This document shows positions 38,371-52,323 of a stretch of 64,000 nucleotides of DNA, in pieces. The DNA lies in the NCBI RefSeq assembly GCF_030684315.1, contig NC_081373.1, positions 40,711,989 to 40,775,988 of the forward strand, in the 5' to 3' direction. Origin of the DNA: Stegostoma tigrinum (lineage: Eukaryota). Position 1 is the stretch's first letter, and every line of letters starts with the position of its first letter. Under the pieces are notes generated by a model. The model saw only the letters and a list, made by a program, of their open reading frames with translations, was not told the origin of the DNA and did no database searches. Made by a program: the position numbers and the translations under genes.

Positions 38371-39559
38371 CAATATTTGAGATTTTAGCAGTGAATAACA
38401 AAGATACTGCCAGATGCCCAGTTTCACTACATTAGATTACATTAACTCATGTACATCAGTGAGCTCGTGATAGCGTCCATTCATGATCTTCAGATGTAGA
38501 GAACGCACCTGCATGTGACACTGAGGTCACTATGCAGTGCTGTATTAGCTGCTCAGGAATTGGCAAACGGAATTGTTTGTACAAAGATAAATGTTTCTTT
38601 TTGTTCATTAATGGGAAGTTGGTATTACAGGGTAAGCCAACATTAAGGCCCACCATTATTGCCCTGGAGAAGGTGGTAGTGATCTGCCTTCTTGGACTGC
38701 TGCGATCTATGGGTGTAGGTACACTCAGAATATTTTTAGGAAGGGAGTTCAGGGAAGTCAGGAATGATGTGTGGATTCAAGAGGAATTTGCCATGTGGTG
38801 GTGTTCCCAAGCATCTGCTACCCCATGTCCTTTTTGATGGCAGAGTTTGTAGGTTTGGAAAGCGCTGTTGAAGGACCCTTGGTGAGTTGATTCAGTGTAT
38901 CTTGTAGATGGTACATACAGCTGCCGCTGTGCCCGTGGTGGAGGGAATAAATATGAAAGGCAGAGGATGGGGTGCCAACCAAGAAAACTTCTTGGTCTTG
39001 AATGGTGTTGAGTTTGTTGAGTTTTGCTGTTCCAGGCAAAAATATTCCACCTCACACCTGACCTGACCCTGTAAATACTGGACAGGTTTGGAAAATTTAC
39101 TTTCTACTTTGCAGTAAACCTGAGCGGTGTGACATTACTCATTGAATGCGCGTTCACCGTACTAAATCTCTAGCAGGATTGAGGGAGACTCTACACCACA
39201 GCGACTACAACAGCTTCAGGCTGAGGCTCACCAATACCTTCTTTAAGGATGATTCGGGATGGCGTATAAATGTCATCTCAGATGTACCCCTCAAAAAATA
39301 CAAATAATTGCATTATTTATATAATTCCAAAATATTTATGCATTTCGTTTGCACCATAAACTGAAATCAACGTAAAAGCGTGATAAAAATAGCACCAAAA
39401 AGCTTCATGTCAGAAAATATATCCATATTCCTATATGTAATAATATAACAAGCGGAATGGTGAACAGCCCTCTACAGCTGCTTGTTACACTTTAGCAGCT
39501 GACGACTTTTCTCAGCAATTCAGGTGTCCATCAGGTATAATCTCCAAATTTCTTTTGTA

Positions 39560-39760
39560 ACTGTCCGTCATTTTGGTCAGACTAACATGCGATTGCGTGA
39601 AATAGACGTGGGGGGAGTCCCATTGCATACTGTGAACTCCAGGTCTTGAAAGCTTCCGCCTTGTACCGGGAGAGAGCGGAGCAGGAATTAGTTATCAGAA
39701 GTAAAAACACAACGATCAGATCAAAGGCCGAGGTAGCGAGCTCTGCAGCGTACAATGGCC
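39560..39760 (+). promoter_or_regulatory. CpG-enriched putative promoter/5' UTR of the SAM-adaptor (BLNK) gene
   Basis: Non-repetitive stretch with visibly more CpG than the flanks and ETS-like cores (CTTCCG, CAGGAA), directly upstream of the ATG. Confidence 0.45.
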
Positions 39761-39829
39761 ACAAAGTTACCAACTCGGGAAGAGTTTGAAAGTTGGAGAC
39801 CTAGGGAGCTAGCAGAATTCCTGAGACTG
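39755..39829 (+). CDS. BLNK: SLP-76-family adaptor, first coding exon (SAM domain start); probably BLNK
   Basis: ACAATGG Kozak context in a locally CpG-rich region; 75 nt encoding MATKLPTREEFESWRPRELAEFLRL, then donor CTG|GTAAGA. It resembles LCP2 MALRNVPFRSEVLGWDPDSLADYFKK. The BLNK name rests on the known head-to-head DNTT-BLNK synteny. Confidence 0.75.
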
Positions 39830-40240
39830 GTAAGACGGAACTTTCCTCTCGTTTAAATACAAATTTCATACAGGCTTAAGTAGCTGTTAAACCGTCGCCT
39901 TCGTTTCACTTTAAGAATTGTTTATACACAGCGATAGCTCACAAAAACGTGACAAGATAAATGCGAATATACGGGGGGGGGAAACTGCAATAGATATTTA
40001 AGGCAATCCAGGAAGGTTACTTTTTTGTTAGGTAAAAAACATTATTGTGGACAAGGAGTGCCATTGGAGGATGAGATGTGATCTCTTGTTGACGCACTTA
40101 TTCCAATTATAAACCTAAAGCCCATTGTTAATTATGCAAGGTTTTGCCTCAAATATATCACTTGGACTTAGATCAATTGTGACTTTTGGACAAGCTAATA
40201 TTTGAAGCTAAATATTTCCTTGTTTCTCACTTATACACAG

Positions 40241-40303
40241 AATAATTTAAGTGAACCTGCCAGTGTGGTGGAAAGGCACAAAATTTCTGGGACAATGCTT
40301 TTG
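40241..40303 (+). CDS. BLNK: SLP-76-family adaptor, second coding exon (SAM domain); probably BLNK
   Basis: Acceptor TTTCCTTGTTTCTCACTTATACACAG| and donor TTG|GTAAGT; 63 nt, phase 0/0. NNLSEPASVVERHKISGTMLL aligns without gaps to LCP2 LNYKDCEKAVKKYHIDGARFL (SAM 'I-D/S-G-x-x-L-L' motif). Confidence 0.75.
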
Positions 40304-41938
40304 GTAAGTTTAATGATAAAAATATGCTTTCCTTCATAAAGTTGAAATGTCATCTTTATTTGTCCTTGGAGTTTTCAACTTACATGCCTCTTCAAAGAGG
40401 CATACAACGTGGAAATGGACCATTTTCTCCAACCAGCCCACACTGACCATTATCCCAAACTAAACTAGTTCCACCTGCCTGCGCTTTGCCCCTATCCCTC
40501 CAAACATTTTTTAATCATGTTCTTACCCAAATGTCTTTTAAATGTTGTAACTATACCCACATCCACGATTTCCTCTGGAAGTTCATTCCATACATGAACC
40601 ACTTTTTTTTAGAAAAAGATGCCCTTAATGTTTTTTTTTAAATCTTACTCATTTCATCTTAGAAAATATAGCCCCTTGTCTTTAAAATCCCCCACTCCAG
40701 GGAAAAGATACCTTCCATTTACCTAACCTATACCCCTCATGATTTTATAAACCTCTGTAAGGTCACTCCTCAACATGCTGCACTCCAGTGAAAAATATCC
40801 AGCCTTTTCTTATAATTCAAACCTCTATTCCTGAGAACATCTTGGTAAATCTCTTCTGAACCCCCTCCAGTTTAATGACCTCCTTCGTATAACTGGGTGA
40901 CCAGAACGGGACACAGTACTCCAGAAGACACGACAGCCCAACTCGTATACTCGGAGGTCTGAGCAATGAAGGCAAACATGCCAAACACCTCCTTAAACAC
41001 CCTGTCTATATGTGATGCCAATTTTCAAAAAATTATGTACCTGAGGTCTAGATCTTTCTCCTCTACAACACTACCTAAGGCCCTACTTTTAATTTTATAA
41101 GTCCTGCCCTTGTTTGTTTTACCAAAATGCAAATCGTCCCACTTATCCAAATTTAAACTCCATCTGCCACTCCTCAGCTCACTGACCCAATTGATCAATA
41201 TCTCTTTGTAATCTCAGGTACCTTCTTTGTCAGACATTTTCATTGTCCACTGTAGTACCAAATTTAGCGTCATCCGTAAACTGACTAAACATGCCCTCTA
41301 TATATTCTCATTCAAGTCATTTAAAGAAATACCACACAGAACTTTGTCAAAAGCTCTACTAAACAAGTAAACAATGCCTCCTGATCTGCCGTCATCAGTC
41401 TTCTTAGTTACTTCCTCAAAAGAGTCAATCAAGTTTGTGAAAGTGTGATTTCCCTCGCACAAAACCATACTGACTATCCTTAATCATTCCTTGCCTTTCC
41501 AAATGCATTTAAATCCTTTAGAATCACCTCAAACAACCTACGCACTAACAAAGTCAGACTTACTGGTCTATAGTTCCCAGACTTCTCCTTGCATCCTTTC
41601 TTAAACTAAGGCACAACATTAGACACTTGTCAGTCTTCTGGTACCTTACTCAAATTTATAGACAAAGCAAATATTTCCGCAAAGGGCCTCATGGTTTCAT
41701 CCCTGACTTCCACAGTGTCTTGGGTCCCCTAGTTCAAGTCTCGGAGATTTATCCACTTTATATTTGCTAAGACCTCTAGCGCTTCCTCTTCTGTAATGTG
41801 AACTGTTTTCAAAACATCAATATTTATTTCCCTGTGTTCTCTAGCCTCCATTTCTCTCTCAACAGTAAAACCTGATGCAAAATATTCCTATAATATCGTT
41901 TTCAACTCCAAAGATGATCTGTTTGATCTTTAAGGGGC

Positions 41939-41942
<4 letters not shown>

Positions 41943-41971
<29 letters not shown>
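41943..41971. repeat. (CT)n microsatellite
   Basis: Pure CT run. Confidence 0.95.
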
Positions 41972-41974
<3 letters not shown>

Positions 41975-42149
41975 GTTCTCTCACTTGTAATGTATTATGT
42001 AGAATATTTGGATTAACCTTAATCTTTTATTTGTCAAGGCTATCTTGTATCCTCTCTTTGCCTTCCTGATCTCTGTGTTAAAAATGTTCCTAGGCTGTTT
42101 TTATACTGTTCAATAGATTAATTCGAAGCCAGCTGTCTATATGTAATAT

Positions 42150-44290
42150 AGAACATAGAACATTACAGCACAGTACAGGCCCTTCGGCCCTCGATGTTGT
42201 GCCGACCTGTCATACCGATCTCAAGCCCAGCTAACCTACACTATTCCATGTACGTCCATATGCTTGCCCAGTGACGACTTAAATGTACCTAAAGTTGGCG
42301 AATCTACTACCGTTGCAGGCAAAGCTTTCCATTCCCTTACTACTCTCCGAGTAAAGAAACTACCTCTGACATCTGTCCTATATCTTTCACCCCTCAATTT
42401 AAAGCTATGCCCCCCCCTCCCCGTGCTTGCCGTCACCATCCTAGGAAAAAGGCTCTCCCTATCCACCCTATCTAACCCTCTGATTATTTTATATGTTTCA
42501 ATTAAGTCACCTCTCAACCTTCTTCTGTCTAATGAAAACAGCCTCAAGTCCCTCAGCCTTTCCTCGTAAGACCTTCCCTCCATACCAGGCAACATCCTAG
42601 TAAATCTCCTCTGCACCCTTTCCAAAGCTTCCACATCCTTCTTATAGTGCGGTGACCAGAACTGTACACAATACTCCAAGTGCGGCCGCACTAGGGTTTT
42701 GTACAGCTTCACCATAACCTCTTGGTTCCGGAACTCGATCCCTCTATTAATAAAAGCTAAAACTCTGTATGTCTTCTTCACAGCCCTGTCAACCTGGGTG
42801 GCAACTTTCAAGGATCTGTGTACATGGACACCGAGATCTCTCTGTTCATCTACACTGCTAAGAATCTTACCATTAGCCCTGTACTTTTCCTTCTGGTTAC
42901 TCCTACCAAAGTGCATCACCTCACACTTGTCTGCATTAAACTCCATTTGCCACCTCTCAGCCCAGCTCTGCAGCTTATCTATGTCTCTCTGCAACCTACA
43001 GCATCCTTCGTCACTATCCACAACTCCACTGACCTTAGTGTCGTCTGCAAATTTACTGACCCATCCTTCTACGCCCTCATCCAGGTCATTTATAAAAATG
43101 ACAAACAGCAGTGGACCCAACACCGACCCTTGCGGTACACCACTAGTAACTGGTCTCCAGGATGAACATTTCCCATCAACTACCACTTCTTTCAGCAAGC
43201 CAATTTCCGATCCAAACTGTTATATCTCCCACAATTCCATTCCTCCGCATTTTGTACAATAGCCTACTGTGGAGAACCTTATCGAACGCCTTGCTGAAAT
43301 CCATATACACCACATCAAACTGGTTTACTCTCATCTACCAGTTTGGTCACCTTCTCAAAGAACTCAATAAGGTCTGTGAGGCACGGCCTTCCCTTCACAA
43401 AACCGAGCTGACTCTCCCGAATCAATTTATTCTTTTCTAGATGATTATAAATCCTATCCCTTATAACCTTTTCCAAAACTTTACCAACAACTGAGGTAAG
43501 GCTCACTGGTCTATAATTACCAGGGTTGTCTCTACTCCCCTTCTTGAACAGGGGAACCACATTTGCTATCCTCCAGTCATCTGGCACTATTCCTGTAGAC
43601 AATGACGAGTTAAAGATCAATGCCAAAGGCTCGGCAATCTCCTCCCTGGCTTCCCAGAGGATCCGAGGATAAATCTCATCCGGTCCAGGAGACTTATCTA
43701 TCTTCACCTTCTGAAGGATTTCTAATACCTCTTCCTTGTGAACCTCAATCCCACCTTGTCTAGTAGCCTGTATCTCAGTATTCTCCTCGACAACATTGTC
43801 ATTTTCTAGAGCGAATACTGTTGAAAAATATTCATTTAGCGCTTCCCCTATCTCATCTGACTCCACACACAACTTACCACTACTATCCTCGATTGGGCCT
43901 AATCTTACTTTCGTCGCTCTTTTATTCCTTAAATACCTATGGAAAGCCTTAGAGTTTACCCTGATCCTATCCGCCAACAACTTCTCATGTCTCCTCCTGG
44001 CTCTTCTGAGCTCTCTCTTTAGGTCTTTCCTGGCTACCTCGTAGCCCTCAAGTGCCCTAACTGAGCCTTCACATCTCATCCTAACATAAGCCGCCTTCTT
44101 CCTCTTGACCAGAGATTCCACCTCCTTCGTAAACCACGGCTCCCGCACTCTACAGCTTCCTCCCTGCCTGACAGGTACATATTTATCTAGGACACACAGG
44201 AGCTTTTCCTTGAATAAGCTCCACATTTCTAATGCGCCCATCCCCTGCAGTTTCCTTCCCCATCCTATGCTCCCTAAATCTTGCCTAATA
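42150..44290 (-). mobile_element. Young 5'-truncated CR1 LINE (ORF2 RT)
   Basis: ORFs 43315-44241 and 42236-43198 with NYRPVSLTS, GVPQGSVLGP and FADD motifs; (TTCTATG) tail; possible short TSD TAATAT. Confidence 0.95.
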
Positions 44291-47200
44291 TGATTCTTCT
44301 TTACTCTTTACTCTTGACTCAAACCACAATATCCTTATTCATCCATTTGTTCTCTAATCCTACCAGCTGTACCTTTTTGCTCTCACAGGAACATAATGAT
44401 TATGAAGTCTTGCTATCACACTTCTGAAAGCTTCCCACTCATCAGACATCCCTTTTCCTGTGAACAATTTACTCCAATGAATTTTGAAAGTTCTTGTCTC
44501 CTATAATTAACATTTGCCTTACTCCAACTAAGAACATTTTAACTTTTTTATGGAAGGCTTATCCTTTTCCTTAACTATTTTAAAACAAATAGAATTATGA
44601 TCGCTAGACAAAAAGTGTTCCTGTGCTATCACTTCAGTCACTTGGCCTGCCTTATTTCCCAAGAGAAGATCAAGTTTTGCTCCTTTTCTATTAGGAACAT
44701 TTACATATTGATAAAGAAAATTTTCTGGAACATATTTAACAAGTTCTTCACCATCCGAACCATTGACACAATGGTGGTCCCAGGCAATGTTTGGGAAATT
44801 TAAACTATTACAACCTTATTATTCTTGCATATATCTGAGGTCTCTCTACGTAGTTGTTCTTCAATTTCCCTCTGACTGTCAGGGATCTATAGTACAATTC
44901 AACAAGGTGATCATTCCTTTTTTATTTCCAACTTCAACCTGTACATTTTCACTAGATGATTTTTCAGAAATATCTTCTAGTTACAGCAGTAGTGTTTTCC
45001 TCAATCAAAAATGCCACATCCCCTCCTGTTTTATCTTTTTTTATCCTTTCCATGGCATCTGAAATCTGGAACATTGAGGTACCACTCATGTCCATCCCTC
45101 AGCAAGGTTTCTATAATAACTATGATGTCCCAATCCCAAAAATGCCATGAGTTCATCAGCCTTACCCATTGCGTTGAAATAAATGCAGTTTAATTATTCA
45201 AAATTATTTCATTCTCTGACTTGCTATTGTCTGTCTTTTCTAAGTTAACTTGTTCTTTTCAGATTCAAAACCATCCTCATCTATCTTTCTATTTACTCTG
45301 CCATTACTTAGGGTCCCCCAAATCCCTTTTAATAGTTTACGGTTTCCCTTAATAGAATTAGCAGGAAGATTTGCTCAGATATTGGTCTCTTTCCAGTTCT
45401 GGTGAAACCCATCCTTTGTGAACAGGGATAACAAGGTGTAGAGCTGGATGAACACAGCAGGCCAAGCAGCATCAGAGGAGCAGGAAAGCTGATGTTTTGG
45501 GCCTAGACCCTTCTTTAGAATCTTTACTGCCCCAGAAGAGTTTCCAATGATCCAAGAACCTCAATCCCGTCTTCAACCATTGATTTATTTCGTTTATTCT
45601 TTCCCTCGTTTGAGCTTGGCACTGGGACTAAACCAGAGGTCACTGTGTCATACGTTGTTCAAAGAAACGCATGTCACAGTACTGTGTTTGATAGAATACA
45701 ATATAGCATTGGCTAAGACACTTTTTAAAAAAAATTACAGTGCTACAACTTAAAATACACCATTCAACAACAGCTTGTACTTATATTGAATCCCTAATGT
45801 AATTGAAGATCCAAAGATAATTCACAGGAGAGTAATACAATAAAATTTAACACTGCACATTTAAAGAGATAATGGGGCTGATAAACAAAATCTTGATCAA
45901 ATAGCTGGGTCTTATGTAGAATCTTAAAGGAGGAAAGAGAAGGGGAGATATTTAGGGAAGGAATTTTCTAAATGTTAGGACCCCAGTTGCTGATGACTAA
46001 CAGTGTGATTACAATCAGGACTGCTCAAGACACCAGAAATGCAGGTGCACAGTTATCTCAGAGGGTTGTGGAGTGAGACAACAATACAGAGATCAGGAGT
46101 GAAGAGGCCATGATGCAATTTAAAACCCAAGGACAAGAATTTTTTAATTGTGCATTGCTTCTCCAGGAGTCAATGCTGATCAGTGAGGACAGTGGATATG
46201 AGGAAATGGATCTAGTATGACTTAGGACAAGGGAAACAGTTTTGAGTGACCTCAAATTTGTGGGGCACATGAATGCAGACCGGCAATCAAGAATTGTCAC
46301 TCAGTTAACAGTTCGCAAGAAAAAGGGAGATCAATTAAATGAATTTTTTTTAGGAAACTGCATTGCCTATTTGCTGAATTATTTTCACGTAAGTTAAGGA
46401 CTTAGGAACAGATTTTGAAAATCAATGAAACAGAAAATGCTGGAACATTCAACCTGCTTGAACAGGATCAATAGTCAGAGAAAGATTAGGGTCAGGCGAA
46501 AAGAGCAGTTTTCTCCACTAGCCTCTAAGAAAATTACCCACAAAGATCTATTTCTCTCTCTACGGTGTGGAATCCCACTTTGCGACTACCGTTTGAATCT
46601 ACTGTCAAGTCATTTGAGTCTCTAGGCATGCAACAACGATGACTTTATCAAGAAGGATCAACAGACAAGGTCGTTGTACATGCACAGATAGAAAACCAAG
46701 AATGTATTTTGATTCTAGTTAATAGTTAACAGGGTAAAATAAATAATTGAGACATACATAATGGATTGAGGTTGAAGCTGAACTAGCAGAACCAAAATTT
46801 TGAAAAAATATGCTAAATTGAAATTCATTGTTTTTGTCATAATAGGGAAATATGACTTTCTACAAATGTGAGGTTAATTTTTCAGAGACAGTGAAGCCTA
46901 TTCAGCAATGATCAGATTAGTTCACCATTAATACAGTTATATCTCATTCGACAGGTTACAGTTTTGTCAAGATTCTTTTACTTAGAGACTCAAATTATGC
47001 ATATGCAATCTCCTAGAGTTGCAGGCCAGTTCAGGAGGGTGAACTGGCAGCGTATGTTGACAAGTTCATAGAGATTGCTGCAGTCACTGTTATTTGCATA
47101 TTTGCAGCCCCTGTAGAATTTTGATGTTAGATTTTTAACTTTCTGACCGGACATTGTACATCATGGGAGTAAAATTCCAACAATTTCCATAATAGGGCAA

Positions 47201-49339
47201 CCAATCAACAACACCAGTGTTGCCAGTTTTATGCCTGGGAAACCAATTCAAGACCTGACCCAGTGTTTTCCCCAATAATGTAGACTTAGAAATTTGAACA
47301 TTTGTGAAGAAATGCTTACTTTCACCCTTGTGGTTCAACTAAGAATCAAAGTAAAATCCCAAGAACACACCAGTGTCACTTGTGGATAAGTTCCATTGCA
47401 AGGAAATCCTACAAGTATTTTTTCAGCAGAACTCCTGGATTAAAAAATGCAAAACAAACTGATCATCCATTTCACTCTGGATTCCACTGATATTATGCCA
47501 GTGGTATGGTCAGAGAGCACATGGAATTCCACAGAATTTTCAACATAGAAATAGGCCATTGATCCAATCATTTGAATTTAGTAGAATGACTGGTGGCCTC
47601 ATTGAAATAAACAAGATTCGTAGGGGGTTCAACAGAGTCGATGCAGTGAGGTTGTTTACCCTTGTCGGAATCTAAGACCAAAGGACATATCCTCAGTAAG
47701 AGGTCACCCATTAAAGACAGAGATGAGGAGGAATTTCTTCTCACTGAGTAAATTTACAGAATTCCTTACTGTTGCATGCTGTAGAGGTTGGGTTGTTAGG
47801 TATATTCAGGGCTAAGACAAACTTGTAGTTGGTAAAAGAATCAAGGTTATGGTGAAAAGACAGAAAAATGAAGTTGATGATTATCAGATCAGCCATGAAC
47901 TCATTTAATGGTGGAACAGAGTTGATGGTCTGAAAGGTCTACTTCTGCCTCTCTCTTATTAACTAACTAGAGGATATGTTTTGCTCCATGACAACCTTCC
48001 TCTTACCCGACTTCATCTAACCTTCGAATACCTTGTTACTCCTTTCTCCGCATTATTACCTTGCTTCCTATTAAATATATCAATTCTATTCATCTTAACT
48101 ATTCCATGCGATAGCTAGTTCCTCATTTTAAACCACTGTCTGGGTAAAGAGAATTTTCCTGAGTGTTTCATTAGCTGTACTAATGACTATTATATTTATC
48201 ACCTAGTTTTGGACTTCCTGACACATGCAAATATTTGCTACTGTTCAACTTTCAAAAACCTTCATAAAACACCAAGGGCCATGCTACTTGCTTGCTTTTA
48301 CTGGAGAAAGGATTGCCAACTGACTTAGTTTTTCCTGATATGTATAACCTCTCAATTTTGGAACAGTCATTTTTGCAGCTTCTGGAGCACGTGAACATTT
48401 TTTCTTTTGTAAGATAAGAGACAAAAATGGCGCACAGTACTCTAACTTTGCTCTAACCGAAGTTCTATATAAGTTTAACATAATGGGCAGAATTTAATAT
48501 AAAGACAGTGGCTCCCAAAGATGGGATGGCAATTGGGTGCACTGTCCACTTCCACATTCGGAGCACAATGCACGCAATCCCAGTGCGAATTTTAAGTGTG
48601 CATGGTGGGTACATGTCCCGTATGTTGGGGGATCACTGTCGGCAGCCTGTCTCCTTACGTGCTTCTGATTTTTGGGATTGCAACAAGGCACAGTAAGAAA
48701 CATTTAGTGTTGAGGGGCAGAATAGTGCCATGGATAGTGAGATGCTGTTATAGACCACACACGTACATAATGTTTCAAATATGTTTTGTAGAGTTGACTC
48801 AGGCACATGGTGTTCATTTGTTAGGATGACTTCATTTGGAAGGTACGTTTCACTGTTATGTTTCCTATTTGGCAGTCTTTGCTGAATGAAAGAGACTGAA
48901 GAACATCTCAGCTGTGTAAGCAATGATGTGCAGTGTGTTAGAGGTCAGCATTTATTAGATGGTAAAATGCGTGGTGTGATTTATAATCCCAATGTTACAT
49001 AATATGCATGCAGTGTATGTGATGACAAATGACTCGACAACCAGAATGTCACACTTATTGATGACCAGTCATAGACTGAGAAGGGCAAGGAACCAAGAGA
49101 TAGCTCATGGTAGTGTCAGTGAAAAGCTGGTAGCCCAAGAGGCATCATCTCTTTTTATCCCATGTTGAAGCAGTTCCATCCTTTGTTCCATTGTGGGCCA
49201 AAGGGTCTGTGCTGTGCTGCACTATTGTATGCTCTTTGGCAACCTAGTGGGTAGAGAACACGTGTAGTGAGATAGCTCTGGTCAGAAGATGATGACAAAA
49301 GCTTCTAAAAAGGTTAACTGCTCCTCCATGACCTTGATT

Positions 49340-49935
49340 GGTAATTCTTCCCTTTGCTCTGCCATATTACGCAAGACACAACAAACATGACCGTTCTGGA
49401 CCCCATCTGTGGTGCATGTTGTACAGCTCCGCTGGACCCGGCAGCCATGTTTTATACAATCTCTATGATTGACCTTGATTTAAGCAGTGTACTGTGTGGT
49501 AACACTCCCCTCCTGATTATGCACTCTTATCATTATCCACAACCTGAAGAGAGCCCTTATCAACCAGGAGTCAATCCTGCATTTGGTAAGGGACCTCCAG
49601 TATCTGTGGTACTTTGAGTATCTCTAAGATGTATGAGTCACGAGACCTCCCCTGAGAAATGAGCACATTGTTTGCCTGGAGTCATAGACAACTTGAAATT
49701 AAAGTGAGGGGGAAACCCTTTCCAAGCTACAAATGCAGCTGGCTGTTCCCAGGGAACTCAAATGGCTGTGTGGGTGCAGTTAAATACATCCTGTATGTCT
49801 GAGAATTGCTCTGCCCCAGTGGCCTGGATATCAGCATCTATTGTGAATCTGATGAATTTACTGGCCCTTCTGAACAGGGTTTTGGTTATCTCCCAAACAC
49901 ATCCATGTGTTGTAACCTGGGTAATGCCACATGTG
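49340..49935 (-). mobile_element. Fossil PIF/Harbinger (HARBI1-like) transposase
   Basis: GTCGITQVTTHGCVWEITKTLFRRASKFIRF...DIQDVFNCTHTAI (cf. GISQS...G-IDCTH-I), then a KGF motif and VCCVLRNMA (cf. CC-LHN). Confidence 0.75.
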
Positions 49936-49955
49936 CCTCTCTGGGGCACTGGAAT

Positions 49956-49959
<4 letters not shown>

Positions 49960-50008
<49 letters not shown>
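49960..50008. repeat. (TG)n microsatellite
   Basis: Pure TG run. Confidence 0.98.
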
Positions 50009-50012
<4 letters not shown>

Positions 50013-52003
50013 GTTTAGGATCATGGTTCCCTGGATGGTGATTGACATGGGCTATCCTCTAATGTCATGGGGCTGCATGACTTCTTGTAGGAGTGCACTC
50101 GAGTCAGTGACTGTGTCTCCCAGGAAAGCCTTTGTCATCTGCAACTAGTGTATGTTCTGAAAATGTGCTGAGGGGCTGACTGCCCAATGTACTTTGCCAC
50201 TGAATACAGCCATGGGTGTTTCCTTCCAAACTGCCAGCCATTGATCAAAGACATTGTGGCTTATGTTATCGTGAAACCTTTCCTACGTCACCCGAGGTTG
50301 CAGAAAGATTGAGTGCCTGAGACTATTGCAAATGCACAATGTGAACTGGGAGGGATGCCAGGTGACGATATGAGCACCTCTATTGATATTGATTCACGCC
50401 ATGAGTAGATGCAGTGGACCAATGAGAATGCAAGACCTTCCCATGGACCATAGCCAGAACTCCACCCATTCCACAATGGTATCCTTGAGACTTCTGATCA
50501 TCTTGAAACTACATGTCTCTGAGCAGCACCTGAACTCCATCAAAGTAGTACTTTCTTAGCAGCCAAGGCCAAGAAGTAGTGGCAATGTCCTGATCTCAAA
50601 GCCAGTAGACCTGGGTTCAAGTCCCCCTGTTCCAGAGGTATGCAATTACATGTCTGAATAGATTGATTACAAAATACCTTAGCAGCCACATTGACAGCTG
50701 AAAATACTGTGATCCTAATGTTGTTTGTGCCTTGCTTCAAATTCTCTGTTCCTTCCTTGCCAGTTGACCTGCCATGTTTAGTTCACTGCCTCCCTTAGAC
50801 ACACAGGATGAATCCACTGCAGGGATAGGCCTCAACCTGTAAACCAGAGCCTGGCTTCTTTCAGATACCTGCCCCAAACCTACCAGTGCCTTGCAGAGCT
50901 GCTGCCTCAGGACCTGAGCACAAACCCCTCCCTTTTGACTACCCGACCATTGAACCATTTTGAAGACATGGACACCATCATTTCCAACTCCCTTTGCCTT
51001 TGCCTGTGCTGCTGAGACATAACCTCACCCGAGGTCAAACAACTGAACAACCTTGCCTGATTCACACCATCCTTAAGCTGCCAGGAAACAGGGAGCGTAA
51101 GTTTCCTGCCCATCACCAACTTAATCTTGAAGATTGGACTGAATTTGATGTGCTTCCCAATGAAGGAGTGTTTGTTACATGCAAATGTGTGACTAGCACA
51201 TCATGAGGCCTGTCACAAACACACTGCTGACTTAATCTCTGCATTCCAAACTGTTAACAGGGAAAGCAAATCTTCAACTCCCCGTCCCCCCAATTCAATC
51301 AACACACACGCACACTCTGCTCTTGCAAACAAAGCTCTGCCCTGCCTCCCCCAAAATTTCTGCTCTTCATACATATGCTCGTCAAAAGCTCTGAACCTCA
51401 GTGCATTGTTACCACTTTCTGGCCATTTCTCTATCAATATCAGCTTTATAATGTGAAATAATTCTGACAGAAGTCTCATTGTGTGGTGCTGCACCAAGAG
51501 GGTAATATTGGGTCTTTGTGCCTGTGCCAGCTCTCTGGCAGAACTATCCAATTAGCTCCACTCATCTGCTCGTTCCCCATTGCCCAGTAACTACTTTCCG
51601 TTAACATCATCCTAAAATTAGGAGAACTTGAAGTTGCTCCGTTGTGTAAAGTTTAACATCCAGCTGAACGATGTCTAATTACAGTGTGACGGAAGCATAC
51701 AAACAAGAGCAAATGATAAAATGCCACAAGTTGAACATTCATCAAGTGTGTGAAATGGCTTCGAGAATAATTATGCTGGACTGGAAGGATTTGCCAAGTG
51801 TGCTACTACCTCAGTAAGGAAGTATTGGAATGAAAAAGTGTAGATTGGAGACATGAAGTGGCTTCATTTCCTGTCTTTGTTCATTTTAATGAAAAATGTC
51901 GGACATTAGGCTTTAATTCACTTGTCTTAACTTTCTGCTAAACTATTCCACAGCCCTCAAACTATGTCAAAACTGGGCTTTTGGAAATTGCTTCAATAAA
52001 TTT

Positions 52004-52323
52004 GGGGCAGCGCGGTGGCTCAGTGGTTAGCACCAGTACCTCACAGCGTCAGGGACCCGGGTTGAATTCCACCCTCCGGTGACTGTGCGGAGTTTGCATG
52101 TTCTCCCCGTGTCTGTGTGGGTTTCCTCCGGGTGCTCTGGTTTCCTCCCACTGTCCAAAGATGTGCAGGCTAGATGGATTGGCCATGCTCAATTGCCTGT
52201 AGTGTTCAGGGATGTGTAGCTTAGGTGGGTTATGGAGGATGGATCTGGGTGGGATTCTCCAAAGGTAGGCGTGGACTTGTTGGGTCAAAGGGCCCGTTTC
52301 CAAACTGTAGGGATTCTATGATC
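52004..52323 (+). mobile_element. HE1-type tRNA-derived SINE
   Basis: Same head, body and tail as 36550-36866. Confidence 0.92.

Larger units (their letters stand above)
40390..45560 (-). mobile_element. Older CR1 LINE remnant hosting a younger CR1 insertion
   Basis: Decayed CR1 3' end and RT region at 40390-42149, continuing at 44292-45560. Confidence 0.7.

Noticed and set aside
46846-46872. Possible third SAM exon after TTTTTGTCATAATAG
   Set aside because: Its length and translation (GNMTFYKCE) do not fit the expected continuation of the SAM domain.
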